From Methanocaldococcus sp. 16A (GTDB taxonomy: Archaea > AGJL01 > Methanococci > Methanococcales > Methanocaldococcaceae): DNA of 64,000 bases. Where the stretch lies: assembly GCA_049860595.1 (NCBI GenBank), contig CP187551.1. The stretch is one strand, 5' to 3'. The translations under genes and the position numbers were made by a program. Positions 21,184 through 31,752 of the stretch are shown here, in pieces. The notes below the pieces were generated by a model, which saw nothing but the letters and a program-made list of their open reading frames with translations, ran no database searches and was not told the DNA's origin. Numbering within the stretch: position 1 is the first letter of the stretch; each line of letters starts with the position of its first letter.

Positions 21184-21334
21184 ACAAAACCAAAATATTT
21201 AAATACTAGTAGTGTATTATAGTAAAGTTGGTTACAATTTAAACATCAATATGAAGGAATATAAATTCCGCTGTATCTATAAATATTTTGTGATATATAA
21301 ATAAAAATATAAAAATATGCAGGTGAGGGATATC

Positions 21335-21604
21335 ATGGAGAAATACGAAAAAGCAGCAGAGATATTTAAGGCATTTGGAGACCCAACAAGATTAATGATT
21401 TTAAAGCTATTAGCTGAGAATGGAAGCATGTGTGTTTGTAAGATAATAGATGAATTAAAAAAGCCACAACCAACAATCTCACACCATTTAAACATTTTAA
21501 AGAAAGCTGGAATTGTTAAAGCAAGAAAAGAAGGAACATGGAACTTTTACTACATAGTTGATGATAGAGTTAAGGAAATTATCAAGTTAGTTGACGAATT
21601 ATAA
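21335..21604 (+). CDS. ArsR/SmtB transcriptional regulator
   Basis: FKAFGDPTRL, MCVC, QPTISHHL. Confidence 0.88.
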   Translation: MEKYEKAAEIFKAFGDPTRLMILKLLAENGSMCVCKIIDELKKPQPTISHHLNILKKAGIVKARKEGTWNFYYIVDDRVKEIIKLVDEL

Positions 21605-21808
21605 ATTTCTCTTTTAAAATTTAAATTGAAGTGTTTTATTTTTTCTTTTTTAACTTTAAAAAATATTTATATCTTTTTTAGATTAATATTATAAATCCTT
21701 AGAAGCTTATATTGTAATTCTAATTAATGATATCAATTGCAATAATATTTAAATTTTATTTTAAATTTATAATTAATAACGAATTATTTTCATAATTAAG
21801 GTGAAATT

Positions 21809-22912
21809 ATGGGAATTGAAGAGGAAATTAGAAGAATAGAAGAGGAATTAAAAAAAACACCCTATAACAAAGCTACACAGAAACACATTGGTAGGTTGAA
21901 AGCTAAGTTGGCTAAATTGAGAGAGCAAGCACAAAGTAGAGGGGGAGGTGGAGGAGGTAAGGGATATGCTGTAAAGAAGAGTGGAGATGCTACTGCAGCT
22001 TTTGTAGGATTTCCATCTGTTGGAAAATCAACCTTGCTAAATAAATTAACAAATGCTAAATCAGAAGTCGGAGCTTATGCATTCACAACACTAACAATTG
22101 TTCCAGGAGTTTTAGAACATAAGGGAGCTAAAATTCAGCTTTTAGATGCGCCGGGAATTATTGTTGGAGCCTCATCAGGAAAAGGTAGAGGGACTGAGGT
22201 TTTATCTGCAGTAAGAAGTGCTGATTTAATTCTATTGACGGTTGATATTTACACCTTAGAACATCTTCCAGTTATTGAAAAAGAGCTTTACAATGTAGGA
22301 ATTAGATTAGACCAAAGACCGCCAGATGTTAAAATTAAAGTTAAAGATAGAGGAGGGATTGATGTTAGCTCAACCGTTCCATTAACACATATAGACGAAG
22401 ATACGATTGAAGCAATCTTAAATGAATATAGAATACATAATGCAGATGTTGTTATAAGGGAGGATATAACATTAGAACAATTTATTGATGTTGTAGCAGG
22501 GAATAGAGTTTATATCCCGTCTTTAGTAGTTGTAAATAAGATAGACTTAGCAGATGAGGAATATCTAAAATATATAAAACAAAAATTAGAGGAATTTGGT
22601 AAAGAGTATGTTTTAGTTTCAGGAAATAAAAATATTAATTTAGATTTATTGAAAGATAAAATCTATGAAAAGTTAGGATTTATAAAGATTTATTTAAAAC
22701 CACAAGGAAAAAAGCCAGATTTCGATGAACCACTGATTATGAGAAAGGGGGCTACTGTAAAGGATGTTTGTGAGAAGTTGCATAAAGATTTTGTTAGGAA
22801 TTTTAGATATGCTCAAGTATGGGGAAAGTCTGCAAAACATCCTGGGCAGAGAGTTGGATTAGACCATAAATTAGAGGACGAGGATATTTTAACAATTGTT
22901 ATAATAAAATAA
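21809..22912 (+). CDS. DRG/OBG-family GTPase with TGS domain
   Basis: NKATQKHIGRLKAK, GFPSVGKS, YAFTT, DAPG, NKID. Confidence 0.93.
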   Translation: MGIEEEIRRIEEELKKTPYNKATQKHIGRLKAKLAKLREQAQSRGGGGGGKGYAVKKSGDATAAFVGFPSVGKSTLLNKLTNAKSEVGAYAFTTLTIVPGVLEHKGAKIQLLDAPGIIVGASSGKGRGTEVLSAVRSADLILLTVDIYTLEHLPVIEKELYNVGIRLDQRPPDVKIKVKDRGGIDVSSTVPLTHIDEDTIEAILNEYRIHNADVVIREDITLEQFIDVVAGNRVYIPSLVVVNKIDLADEEYLKYIKQKLEEFGKEYVLVSGNKNINLDLLKDKIYEKLGFIKIYLKPQGKKPDFDEPLIMRKGATVKDVCEKLHKDFVRNFRYAQVWGKSAKHPGQRVGLDHKLEDEDILTIVIIK

Positions 22913-23008
22913 TTATCGAAATAATAAAAAATAGAGAGAATATCAATAAAGAAAGCAGAACACTCTATAGAATAAGAGGCAGAGACCTATGGTTTGGGAG
23001 ATGAAAGT

Positions 23009-23893
23009 ATGGAGATTGAAGGCTATGAAAAAATTATAGAGGCGGGAAAAATAGCTTCTAAGGTTAGAGAAGAAGCAACAAAACTAATAAAACCAGGAGT
23101 TAAGTTATTAGAAGTTGCTGAATTTGTTGAAAATAGAATTAGAGAGTTAGGAGGAGAACCTGCTTTTCCATGCAACATATCAATTAATGAGATAGCTGCC
23201 CATTATACACCAAAATTGAATGATAACTTAGAGTTTAAAGAGGAAGATGTTGTTAAATTGGATTTAGGAGTTCATGTAGATGGATATATTGCAGATACAG
23301 CAATAACAGTAGATTTATCAAACTCTTATAAAGATTTGGTAAAAGCTTCTGAAGATGCATTAAACACAGTTATTAAAGAGATAAATCCACCAATGAACAT
23401 TGGAGAGATGGGAAGAATTATTCAAGAGGTTATTGAAAGTTATGGCTATAAACCAATTTCCAATCTCTCTGGACATGTAATGTATAGATATGAGTTGCAT
23501 ACAGGAATAAGCATACCAAACGTTTATGAACGAACAAATCAATATATTGATGTTGGAGATTTAGTGGCTATAGAACCATTTGCAACAGATGGATTTGGTA
23601 TGGTTAAAGATGGAAATCTTGGGAATATTTATAAGTTCTTAGCTAAGAGACCTATTAGATTGCCACAAGCAAGAAAACTTTTAGATGTTATATCAAAAAA
23701 CTATGCCTATTTACCATTTGCTGAGAGATGGGTTTTAAAAAGTGAGAGTGATAGGTTAGCTTTAAACTCTTTAATAAGAGCATCTTGCATATATGGGTAT
23801 CCAATATTGAAAGAGAGAGAAAATGGTATAGTTAGCCAAGCAGAGCACACAATATTAATAACTGAAAACGGCGTTGAGATAACAACAAAATAG
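23009..23893 (+). CDS. map: Methionine aminopeptidase type II
   Basis: [37 protein letters not shown]. Confidence 0.94.
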   Translation: MEIEGYEKIIEAGKIASKVREEATKLIKPGVKLLEVAEFVENRIRELGGEPAFPCNISINEIAAHYTPKLNDNLEFKEEDVVKLDLGVHVDGYIADTAITVDLSNSYKDLVKASEDALNTVIKEINPPMNIGEMGRIIQEVIESYGYKPISNLSGHVMYRYELHTGISIPNVYERTNQYIDVGDLVAIEPFATDGFGMVKDGNLGNIYKFLAKRPIRLPQARKLLDVISKNYAYLPFAERWVLKSESDRLALNSLIRASCIYGYPILKERENGIVSQAEHTILITENGVEITTK

Positions 23894-23907
23894 ATTATGG
23901 TGATAAG

Positions 23908-24474
23908 ATGATTGTTATTTTAGACAATGGAGGACAGTATGTTCATAGAATACACAGAAGTTTAAAATATATTGGAGTTAGCTCAAAAATTATCCCAAAT
24001 ACAACACCATTAGAAGAAATTGAAAGTAATGAAGAGGTTAAAGGGATAATATTAAGTGGAGGTCCAGATATAGAAAAAGCAAAGAGCTGTATAGATGTTG
24101 CTTTAAATGCAAAACTTCCTATTTTAGGGATTTGTTTAGGGCATCAGTTAATTGCATTAGCATATGGTGGAGAAGTTGGGAGGGCTGAAGCTGAAGAATA
24201 TGCATTAACAAAAGTTTATGTTGATAAGGAAAATGATTTGTTCAAAAATGTTCCAAAGGAGTTTAATGCATGGGCTTCACATAAGGATGAAGTTAAAAAA
24301 ATCCCAGAAGGTTTTGAAATTTTAGCTCATTCAGATATATGTAATGTTGAGGCAATGAAGCATAAAACAAAACCAATTTATGGTGTTCAATTCCATCCTG
24401 AAGTGGCACATACAGAATACGGAAGTGAAATTTTGAAAAACTTTTGTAAGGTTTGCGGTTATAATTTTGAATAA
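23908..24474 (+). CDS. guaAA: GMP synthase glutamine amidotransferase subunit
   Basis: LSGGP, GICLGHQ, QFHPEV. Confidence 0.92.
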   Translation: MIVILDNGGQYVHRIHRSLKYIGVSSKIIPNTTPLEEIESNEEVKGIILSGGPDIEKAKSCIDVALNAKLPILGICLGHQLIALAYGGEVGRAEAEEYALTKVYVDKENDLFKNVPKEFNAWASHKDEVKKIPEGFEILAHSDICNVEAMKHKTKPIYGVQFHPEVAHTEYGSEILKNFCKVCGYNFE

Positions 24475-24541
24475 TAACAAAATTTATATATGCTGATAAC
24501 AACATATATCTAAATAATTCAAATCTTTTTTGGTGGGATTA

Positions 24542-25108
24542 ATGCCATTATTACTAATTGTTGTTGGTTTAATCATCACATTGATTATTTTAGGTATTGT
24601 AATTTATGTTATCTCAATATATAACAGATTTCAGACATTAAAAAATGGGGCTGAAGCAACATTAGGACAGATAAGAGTAGCTTTAAAAAAGAGATTGGAT
24701 ATGATTAATCAGCTTGTTGAAGCGGTTAAAAGCTATGCAAGTTTTGAGAAGGAGACATTAACAAAAATAACTGAATTAAGAAGTAGTGTTTTAAAGGCAA
24801 ACACAACAGAAGAAATTCAAAATATTGAGAGAGAATCAAGAAATATTTTGGGAAATATTTTAGTTGCTGTTGAAAACTATCCAGAGTTAAAAACATCTGA
24901 GACAGTTAAAGAACTAATGAAAGCTATAAGAGAGATAGAGGATGAGATTGCAAGACATAGATACACATACAACAATATAGTTCAGGAATTTAACACAAAA
25001 ATTGATGTGTTCCCTTCAAATATTGTAGCAAATATATTTGGATTTAGAAAGATGGATTACTTACAGTTTGAAGAAGAAATCTACGAAAGACCTAAAATTA
25101 ACTTTTAA
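24542..25108 (+). CDS. lemA: LemA family protein
   Basis: N-terminal TM helix, ENYPELK, RYTYN, FPSNIVA. Confidence 0.88.
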   Translation: MPLLLIVVGLIITLIILGIVIYVISIYNRFQTLKNGAEATLGQIRVALKKRLDMINQLVEAVKSYASFEKETLTKITELRSSVLKANTTEEIQNIERESRNILGNILVAVENYPELKTSETVKELMKAIREIEDEIARHRYTYNNIVQEFNTKIDVFPSNIVANIFGFRKMDYLQFEEEIYERPKINF

Positions 25109-25132
25109 ATTTTTTAATTTTGAGGGATTTTT

Positions 25133-26977
25133 ATGAGAGAAGAAAAGAAAATGGTTATCTTTTGCATAGTTATTTTTGTTGTTGGAGTTTTAGGCATATT
25201 ATTTGTAAATTCAGATATATTTAGTTACTCTTCTGATGTTTATGTCAAAAATTATGAAGCAAATCTATATATTGACAAAAACTTAACCTTAGAGGAATCA
25301 TATACCTATGAAATTTTAGCAAATAAAAAATATAAAATGCTATATAGAGATTGGAAGGTCCCACTAACATATAATGAAACCTTAAAAACTCCTTATGTGG
25401 AGTTATTGAATCTTTCAGCATTTTCAAAAAATATGTATGGTTATGTTGTAGATTATAAAGGAAGAGTATATCTTTTTGGTGGGGATACCATAGTTAAATA
25501 TAATCTTCTAAGTCTTATAAATTACTACAACATAAAGAATGAAGTAGGTTTTTACAATCCAAACCATTACGGTGTAGGTAATTATAATATGCATTATAAA
25601 TTTTTTATTTATCCACCAATTGAAACAGACAATAAAACATCTCACATAAATTTATTGATAGCAGATGAACACATACCTTACGAAAATGTGAAAATAAACA
25701 TAATTGATAAAAATAAAAGTATTTTAAATTTATTTGTCTATCCAGATACATACAAAGTACACAAAACTAGTTTTGGTTATGTTATTGAAGGTAAAAGTGG
25801 AAAAGATGAGCCTATAGAGTTAGAATTTCTTTTAAAACCAAATACAGTTAATGGTTATGTAACCTATTATGGTTATATAGCAGATGTCAGAGAGAAAACA
25901 ATTTCAGCATATAGAAACTATCAAATGATAAACAATTTTTCAATAATATTGAAATACTTCCTAATGTTTTTAATATTAGTATTTCCTTTGATAGCCTACT
26001 ATATATATTTAAAATATGGAAAGGAGAAATTTTATGTTGTTCCAGAGTATTTAAGCTATGTTCCAAACAAAAATAGAAAGCCATGGGTAGTTAATCTTAT
26101 ATTTAATGGTGAAGTGGGAAATTTTGATAAAAATGGATTTTATGCTACATTATTAGATTTACATAATAGAGGCTACATAAAGATAATTAGGGATAACGGA
26201 GATATAAAAATAAAAATTTTAAAGAAAGATGAAGAATTAAATGATTTAGACCTATATGAGAAAGAAGTTATGGACTTTTTGATTAGATATGCTAAAGATG
26301 ATGAGTTCAATCCAAAAGACCTTGAAAATTCTATTTCAAAGGTAAGAGATGAATATAAAATTAAAAGGTTGTGGAATGAGATTAATAGCGTTATGAAATA
26401 TCCTCCATTTTCATCAACATTAACAAAGATGTTCTTAGAAACAAAAGGTAAAGATATATTATGGATATCTTTGGCTGTCTCTATAGGATTGGCGTTAATT
26501 TTATTTGGTATCTCAATGAATTACTCTAAATACTACCCAGCACTTAAAGATATTCCATATCTCTCAATTATCTTAGTTATACAGAACATAATATTGATAT
26601 TAACTCCAAAATCTCTATTTGGAAGATGGAAAAACGACTACTATAAAGAAAAACTTGAATGGGATGCATTTAAAAAATTTCTATCTGACCTTGCGATGAT
26701 TAAAAAATATTCTCCAGAAGATATTTCAATTTGGAAAGATTGGTTAATATATGGAACTGCTTTAGGCGTGGGAAATAAAGTTGTAGAGGCTATGAAATCA
26801 TTAAATATAAATATTCCTGAAGCAGATATAGCTCCAGCAGTTTATATTGCATATGGTTCAATGTATTCTTCCATAAATAATGCTTATAGCTCTACTGTCG
26901 CAAGTTCTTCTTCAAGTTCTATTGGTGGCTTTGGAGCTGGAGGAGGATTTGGTGGCGGTGGAGGAGGAGCAAGATAA
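25133..26977 (+). CDS. DUF2207 membrane protein
   Basis: [16 protein letters not shown], Gly-rich tail; typical lemA partner. Confidence 0.85.
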   Translation: MREEKKMVIFCIVIFVVGVLGILFVNSDIFSYSSDVYVKNYEANLYIDKNLTLEESYTYEILANKKYKMLYRDWKVPLTYNETLKTPYVELLNLSAFSKNMYGYVVDYKGRVYLFGGDTIVKYNLLSLINYYNIKNEVGFYNPNHYGVGNYNMHYKFFIYPPIETDNKTSHINLLIADEHIPYENVKINIIDKNKSILNLFVYPDTYKVHKTSFGYVIEGKSGKDEPIELEFLLKPNTVNGYVTYYGYIADVREKTISAYRNYQMINNFSIILKYFLMFLILVFPLIAYYIYLKYGKEKFYVVPEYLSYVPNKNRKPWVVNLIFNGEVGNFDKNGFYATLLDLHNRGYIKIIRDNGDIKIKILKKDEELNDLDLYEKEVMDFLIRYAKDDEFNPKDLENSISKVRDEYKIKRLWNEINSVMKYPPFSSTLTKMFLETKGKDILWISLAVSIGLALILFGISMNYSKYYPALKDIPYLSIILVIQNIILILTPKSLFGRWKNDYYKEKLEWDAFKKFLSDLAMIKKYSPEDISIWKDWLIYGTALGVGNKVVEAMKSLNINIPEADIAPAVYIAYGSMYSSINNAYSSTVASSSSSSIGGFGAGGGFGGGGGGAR

Positions 26978-26990
26978 ATAGAGGGAAATT

Positions 26991-27755
26991 ATGGAAAAAA
27001 AGGTTATAATAGTTGGAGCAGGTCCAGGGGACCCAGAGTTAATAACAATCAAAGGTAAAAAGGCAATAGAAGAGGCAGATGTTATTATTTATGCTGGCTC
27101 GTTAGTTAATGAAAAGCTTTTAGAATATAACAAAAAAAATGCTGAAATTTACAACAGTGCAAATATGGATTTAGAAGAAATTGTTAATGTAATGGTTAAA
27201 GCAGTTGAACAAGGAAAAAAAGTTGTTAGATTGCACACAGGAGACCCATCTATTTATGGAGCTATAAAGGAGCAGATTGATGAATTAGCAAAACATGGAA
27301 TAGATGTTGAAATAATTCCAGGAGTTAGTTCTTTATTTGCAGCAACTGCATCATTGAAGGTTGAACTAACTCTTCCAGAAGTCTCTCAGACAGTTATTAT
27401 TACAAGACCTGAAGGAAGAACCCCAATGCCAGAAAAAGAAAAGCTTAGAGATTTGGCTAAGCACCAATCAACAATGGCTATTTTTTTAGGAGTTTCAATG
27501 ATTGATAAAGTTGTTAAAGAACTAATTGAGGGAGGTTATAAAGAAGAAACTCCTGTAGCTGTTGTATATCACGCCTCATGGGATGATGAGAAAATTGTTA
27601 AAGGAACTTTAAAAGATATTGCTGAAAAGGTAAAAAAAGAGGGGATTAAAAAAACTGCCTTAATAATTGTTGGAGAAGTTTTAAATCCTAAGCATTATGC
27701 ATATTCAAAACTTTACGATAAAGAATTTGAGCATGGATACAGAAAGAAAAAATAA
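26991..27755 (+). CDS. cbiF: Cobalt-precorrin-4 C11-methyltransferase
   Basis: VGAGPGDPELIT, YAGSLV, RLHTGDPSIYGA, PEVSQTVI. Confidence 0.93.
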   Translation: MEKKVIIVGAGPGDPELITIKGKKAIEEADVIIYAGSLVNEKLLEYNKKNAEIYNSANMDLEEIVNVMVKAVEQGKKVVRLHTGDPSIYGAIKEQIDELAKHGIDVEIIPGVSSLFAATASLKVELTLPEVSQTVIITRPEGRTPMPEKEKLRDLAKHQSTMAIFLGVSMIDKVVKELIEGGYKEETPVAVVYHASWDDEKIVKGTLKDIAEKVKKEGIKKTALIIVGEVLNPKHYAYSKLYDKEFEHGYRKKK

Positions 27756-27928
27756 TTTTGATGATGAAACTTTTTTTAAAAGCATAGAAGGAAACCCTCT
27801 ATTGCTATACACCACGTCCATTAAGTTGCCCCTAAAAGGGGCAATTAATGTCCAATATTATTGTGAGGCATTTCCGAGCGTAGCGAGGCAATGCATCCGT
27901 TTTGATGAAACTTTTTTTAAAAGTTTCA
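27756..27928 (+). repeat. Composite repeat: 120-bp multi-hairpin core between 21-bp direct repeats, ending in a palindrome
   Basis: TGATGAAACTTTTTTTAAAAG at 27762-27782 and 27903-27923; internal hairpins include TTGCCCCT-AAA-AGGGGCAA and GCATT..GAGCGTAGCGA..AATGC. Confidence 0.75.
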
Positions 27929-27932
27929 TTTA

Positions 27933-27980
27933 AAGCTCTACAACAAAGAGTTTGAGCATGGCTATAGAAAAAAGAAATGA
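27933..27980 (+). pseudogene. Orphan recoded copy of the last 15 codons plus stop of cbiF
   Basis: KLYNKEFEHGYRKKK* vs KLYDKEFEHGYRKKK* at 27708-27755; 10 nt differences, one amino-acid change. Confidence 0.85.
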
Positions 27981-28193
27981 CTACTTATTTTTTCTCTCTT
28001 CTATTTTTTCAAGCAATATTTTTAAATCAGTTTTTTTAGTTATGTTGGTTTCTTTTTCTAAGAGCTCTTTAACTTTTTGTTCAAGCTCTTCTAAGCTTTC
28101 AACACTTTCTAAAAGCCCTTTAATAAACTCCATATTCGCCATATAAGGCAAAGCATCAAGCATCAACAATTTAATCTCTTCTTTTTGGCTCAT
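27981..28193 (-). CDS. Small hypothetical protein
   Basis: 70-aa ORF overlapping the upstream DUF2304 gene; native codon usage. Confidence 0.65.
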   Translation of the reverse strand: MSQKEEIKLLMLDALPYMANMEFIKGLLESVESLEELEQKVKELLEKETNITKKTDLKILLEKIEERKNK

Positions 28194-28515
28194 ATCTATC
28201 CCTTATAGCAATTTCTCTAACTATATGGGTTATCTGCCTCTCTAAGGCATCAATCTTAGCATACAACCTATAAATTAAGTAGAATAGAAGTACAATTGAT
28301 ATATACATGAGAGCATCTACTCCTCTTCCAACCCCTAAAATATTAGCTACATATCCAAAGAATTCTGGAAATATTAAGAATACAACAACAGAACTCCAAA
28401 CAAAAATCCAGAATAAACCTTCATTTAGTGTCATACTTCTCTTTTTTAACTGTAATATAACCCTTGACAATGCAAACAATGCAAATGCAATCCCAACTAT
28501 CTGAATCAATCCCAT
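28171..28515 (-). CDS. DUF2304 membrane protein
   Basis: LGVGRGVDAL, ITHIVREIAI. Confidence 0.8.
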   Translation of the reverse strand: MGLIQIVGIAFALFALSRVILQLKKRSMTLNEGLFWIFVWSSVVVFLIFPEFFGYVANILGVGRGVDALMYISIVLLFYLIYRLYAKIDALERQITHIVREIAIRDRYEPKRRD

Positions 28516-28599
28516 AATCTTTCCTCCAAAATTTTTATAAACTTCTTACTTTATTAATACTTCTACTAAGGTCATATATATTTTTAGTTAGGGATTGTT

Positions 28600-29508
28600 A
28601 TGAGGCATCTAATTTCAATGAAAGACATGGGGAAGAATGAGATTTTAGAGATTTTAGAAGAAGCTAAGAAGATGGAAGAGCTTTTAAATACAAAGAAACC
28701 TTTAAAGTTGTTGGAAGGGAAGATATTAGCTACTGTTTTTTATGAACCCTCAACAAGAACACGGCTGAGTTTTGAAACAGCCATGAAGAGGTTAGGAGGA
28801 GAAGTAATAACAATGACTGATTTAAAAAGCTCCTCTGTTGCAAAAGGAGAGAGTTTAATTGATACAATTAGAGTGATTAGCGGCTACGCAGATATAATTG
28901 TTTTGAGGCATCCAAGTGAAGGAGCTGCAAGATTGGCAAGTGAGTATTCAGAAGTTCCAATTATAAATGCTGGAGATGGTAGCAATCAGCATCCAACCCA
29001 GACACTTTTAGATTTATACACAATAATGAGAGAGATTGGAAAAATAGATGGAATAAAAATAGCTTTTGTTGGAGATTTGAAATATGGAAGAACTGTCCAC
29101 TCCTTAGTTTATGCTCTCTCTTTATTTGACAATGTTGAGATGTATTTTGTATCCCCAAAAGAATTAAAGATGCCAAGAGATATAATTGAGGATTTGAAAT
29201 TTAAGAATATAAAATTCTATGAAAAAGAAAGTTTAGATGAAATTAATGAGGATATAGATGTTTTGTATGTGACAAGAATTCAAAAAGAGAGATTCCCAGA
29301 CCCCAATGAATATGAAAAGGTTAAGGGTAGCTATAAAATAAAAAGAGAATATGTTGAAGGAAAAAAGTTTATAATCATGCATCCTTTGCCAAGAGTTGAT
29401 GAGATTGATTATGATGTTGATGATTTACCTCAAGCAAAGTATTTTAAACAGAGTTTTTATGGAATTCCAGTAAGAATGGCTATTTTGAAGAAATTACTGT
29501 TAAGTTAA
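28600..29508 (+). CDS. pyrB: Aspartate carbamoyltransferase catalytic subunit
   Basis: FYEPSTRT, NAGDGSNQHPTQ, RIQKER, MHPLPR. Confidence 0.96.
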   Translation: MRHLISMKDMGKNEILEILEEAKKMEELLNTKKPLKLLEGKILATVFYEPSTRTRLSFETAMKRLGGEVITMTDLKSSSVAKGESLIDTIRVISGYADIIVLRHPSEGAARLASEYSEVPIINAGDGSNQHPTQTLLDLYTIMREIGKIDGIKIAFVGDLKYGRTVHSLVYALSLFDNVEMYFVSPKELKMPRDIIEDLKFKNIKFYEKESLDEINEDIDVLYVTRIQKERFPDPNEYEKVKGSYKIKREYVEGKKFIIMHPLPRVDEIDYDVDDLPQAKYFKQSFYGIPVRMAILKKLLLS

Positions 29509-29512
29509 AAAA

Positions 29513-30595
29513 TTAAAATAAAAATCTTTTTAACTCAATAGCATTGTACGGACACATCTCATGACAACAATAGCAGTTTATGCATTTTTTCCTATCTATT
29601 TTCAAATTAATTATTGCATTAACTGGGCAAACCTTTTCACAGATTCTACACTTTAGGCAGTTGCTTCTATTTATCTTTGGTTTTGGTGTCATAAGATTGA
29701 AAATTATTTTAATTATTTGAGGAGGCAATATAGAATTTAAAAAAACTGTGTCTGGTTTTTTAAATTTGATAGGTTTTATTTCATTGAGAGATTTTTTCTC
29801 ATTTTTATCTGCATCTATTACTTCGAAATCAACTTTAAGCAATCTATTTGTTAAAATGTCGTCCATATTATAACCAATATAATAGGAAGCAAATAAATCA
29901 ACTGCAACAGGATTTGTAGAGCTTATAACTATCTTTGAATGCTTTGGCTTTCCGTTACTTGGTCCGTTTCCTTCCATTCCCCAAATTCCATCCATTATGG
30001 TTATAATTTTCCTATTCTTGGTTATAAATTTATAAAGCTCTACCAACAACTCTGCAAAATTTTCTTCCTTTGGAAAATGTCCATGAAGTTTTGGCTTTAA
30101 ACCTCCAGGAATACAGCCGTATAAATTTTTAACAGCTCCAGTAAATTTCATTAAAATGTGAGTTTTTAATTTTGGGATATTTATTATTAAATCACTCTCA
30201 ATAACCGTTTTTGGAATTGGGATTTCTTTATCAAGAATTTTTATTTTTACGTGCTCATCTTTCTCAAATGGAATATATTCTATACCATATTTTATGCAAA
30301 CATCTTCAATTCCAGAAACTCTAAAAGATTTTCTTGTTGAATATCCAGATGACTCTCCAACAATAATTTCTCCATTAAAATTATTCTGTAGATATTTTAT
30401 AATCCACTCTAAGAATTTTGGATGTGTTGTAACTGCTCTCTCAGGAGGATAAGGTCCAAGAATATTTGGCTTTATTAATATTTTATCAAATTCTTTAAGA
30501 TTGCAAGATTTAAATGTTAAATCTAAAATGTTATTATCTAATGAGTCATAATTTTCCCTTATTGCATAATAAACTTTTTCCATTTTATCCCTCAT
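29513..30595 (-). CDS. DUF362 protein with C-terminal 2x[4Fe-4S] ferredoxin
   Basis: LIKPN, TTHP, PKLKTH, GAVKNLYG, MEGNGP; two CxxCxxCxxxCP motifs. Confidence 0.85.
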   Translation of the reverse strand: MRDKMEKVYYAIRENYDSLDNNILDLTFKSCNLKEFDKILIKPNILGPYPPERAVTTHPKFLEWIIKYLQNNFNGEIIVGESSGYSTRKSFRVSGIEDVCIKYGIEYIPFEKDEHVKIKILDKEIPIPKTVIESDLIINIPKLKTHILMKFTGAVKNLYGCIPGGLKPKLHGHFPKEENFAELLVELYKFITKNRKIITIMDGIWGMEGNGPSNGKPKHSKIVISSTNPVAVDLFASYYIGYNMDDILTNRLLKVDFEVIDADKNEKKSLNEIKPIKFKKPDTVFLNSILPPQIIKIIFNLMTPKPKINRSNCLKCRICEKVCPVNAIINLKIDRKKCINCYCCHEMCPYNAIELKRFLF

Positions 30596-30628
30596 TAAAA
30601 TTATTTAATTTATTATTTAGGTGGTTCT

Positions 30629-31375
30629 ATGATTTATGTTGATGCCCACTGTCATATAGAGGATAAAGCATTTAATAAAAATAGAGATGAAGTAATTGAG
30701 AGAGCTAAAAAAGAGAATGTTATAATAGTAACAAGTGGAGCAAGCTTAGGAGGATGTTTAAGAGCTTTAGAATTTAAGAAAAAATATAATATTTATATTT
30801 ATTTAACTTTAGGTTATCATCCTTCAAGGGTTAAAGCTGATGATAAAGTTGTAGAGAAGGTTTATAATTTAATTAAAAATAATGAGAATGAGATTTTAGC
30901 TGTTGGAGAGATTGGGATGGATATTAAAGATGAAAACTATGAAAGGCAAGAAGAAATATTTAAAAAATTTTTATCATTAGCAGAAGAGCTTGACAAACCA
31001 ATTGTAGTTCATGCAAGAGGTTTTGAGAGGAAGATATTTGATATAGCTAAAGATAAAGTTGATATTATGTTCCACTGCTATAGTGGAGATGTAGAGTTAG
31101 CTAAGGAAATAATTAAGGAGGAGCATTTAATATCAATCTCAACATTGGTTTGCTTTTCAGAACATCACAAAAAACTTGTTGAGAGCTTAGATTTGGATTA
31201 TTTAACAACAGAAACTGATAGCCCTTATTTATCTCCTATTAAAGGTACTAAAAATGAACCAAAAAATGTTAAATTGGTTGTTGAAGAGATAGCTAAAATT
31301 AAAGAGATGGATGTTGAAGAAGTGGCAGATATCATTTATAAAAATACTTGCAAATTTTTTAAGAGGAGATTATAA
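30629..31375 (+). CDS. tatD: TatD-family metallo-nuclease
   Basis: DAHCH, VGEIGMD, VHAR, FHCYSG, ETDSPY. Confidence 0.9.
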   Translation: MIYVDAHCHIEDKAFNKNRDEVIERAKKENVIIVTSGASLGGCLRALEFKKKYNIYIYLTLGYHPSRVKADDKVVEKVYNLIKNNENEILAVGEIGMDIKDENYERQEEIFKKFLSLAEELDKPIVVHARGFERKIFDIAKDKVDIMFHCYSGDVELAKEIIKEEHLISISTLVCFSEHHKKLVESLDLDYLTTETDSPYLSPIKGTKNEPKNVKLVVEEIAKIKEMDVEEVADIIYKNTCKFFKRRL

Positions 31376-31752
31376 TGTTTTACTTAAAACCTATTGGAAT
31401 TGTAGAGCAGAATGAGAATTATACTATTTTAGAGATATTTGATGAATATATAGATGGATTAGATGGTTTAAAAGAAAGAGATTATATTATTATTCTCCTT
31501 TGGTTTCACAAAAGTGATGATGAGGAAAAAAGAAAAATTTTAAAGGTTCATCCAAAAGGGAATATAAAAAATCCATTAAAGGGAGTGTTTGCTACTCGCT
31601 CTCCATATAGACCAAATCCTATTGGAAAATACACAGTAAAAATCCACAAAATTAATAAAAATAAAATTTTTATTGATAAAATTGATGCTTATGATAAGAC
31701 ACCAATTATTGATATAAAAATATTTTCAGAAGAGTTGGATTGTCCAAAATAA
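31375..31752 (+). CDS. tsaA: TsaA/TrmO-family tRNA methyltransferase
   Basis: LKPIG, GVFATRSPYRPNPIG, TPIIDIK. Confidence 0.85.
   Translation: MFYLKPIGIVEQNENYTILEIFDEYIDGLDGLKERDYIIILLWFHKSDDEEKRKILKVHPKGNIKNPLKGVFATRSPYRPNPIGKYTVKIHKINKNKIFIDKIDAYDKTPIIDIKIFSEELDCPK

Noticed and set aside
27697-28146. ORFs 27697-27933 and 27952-28146
   Set aside because: Chance frames over the repeat element and antisense to a real gene.
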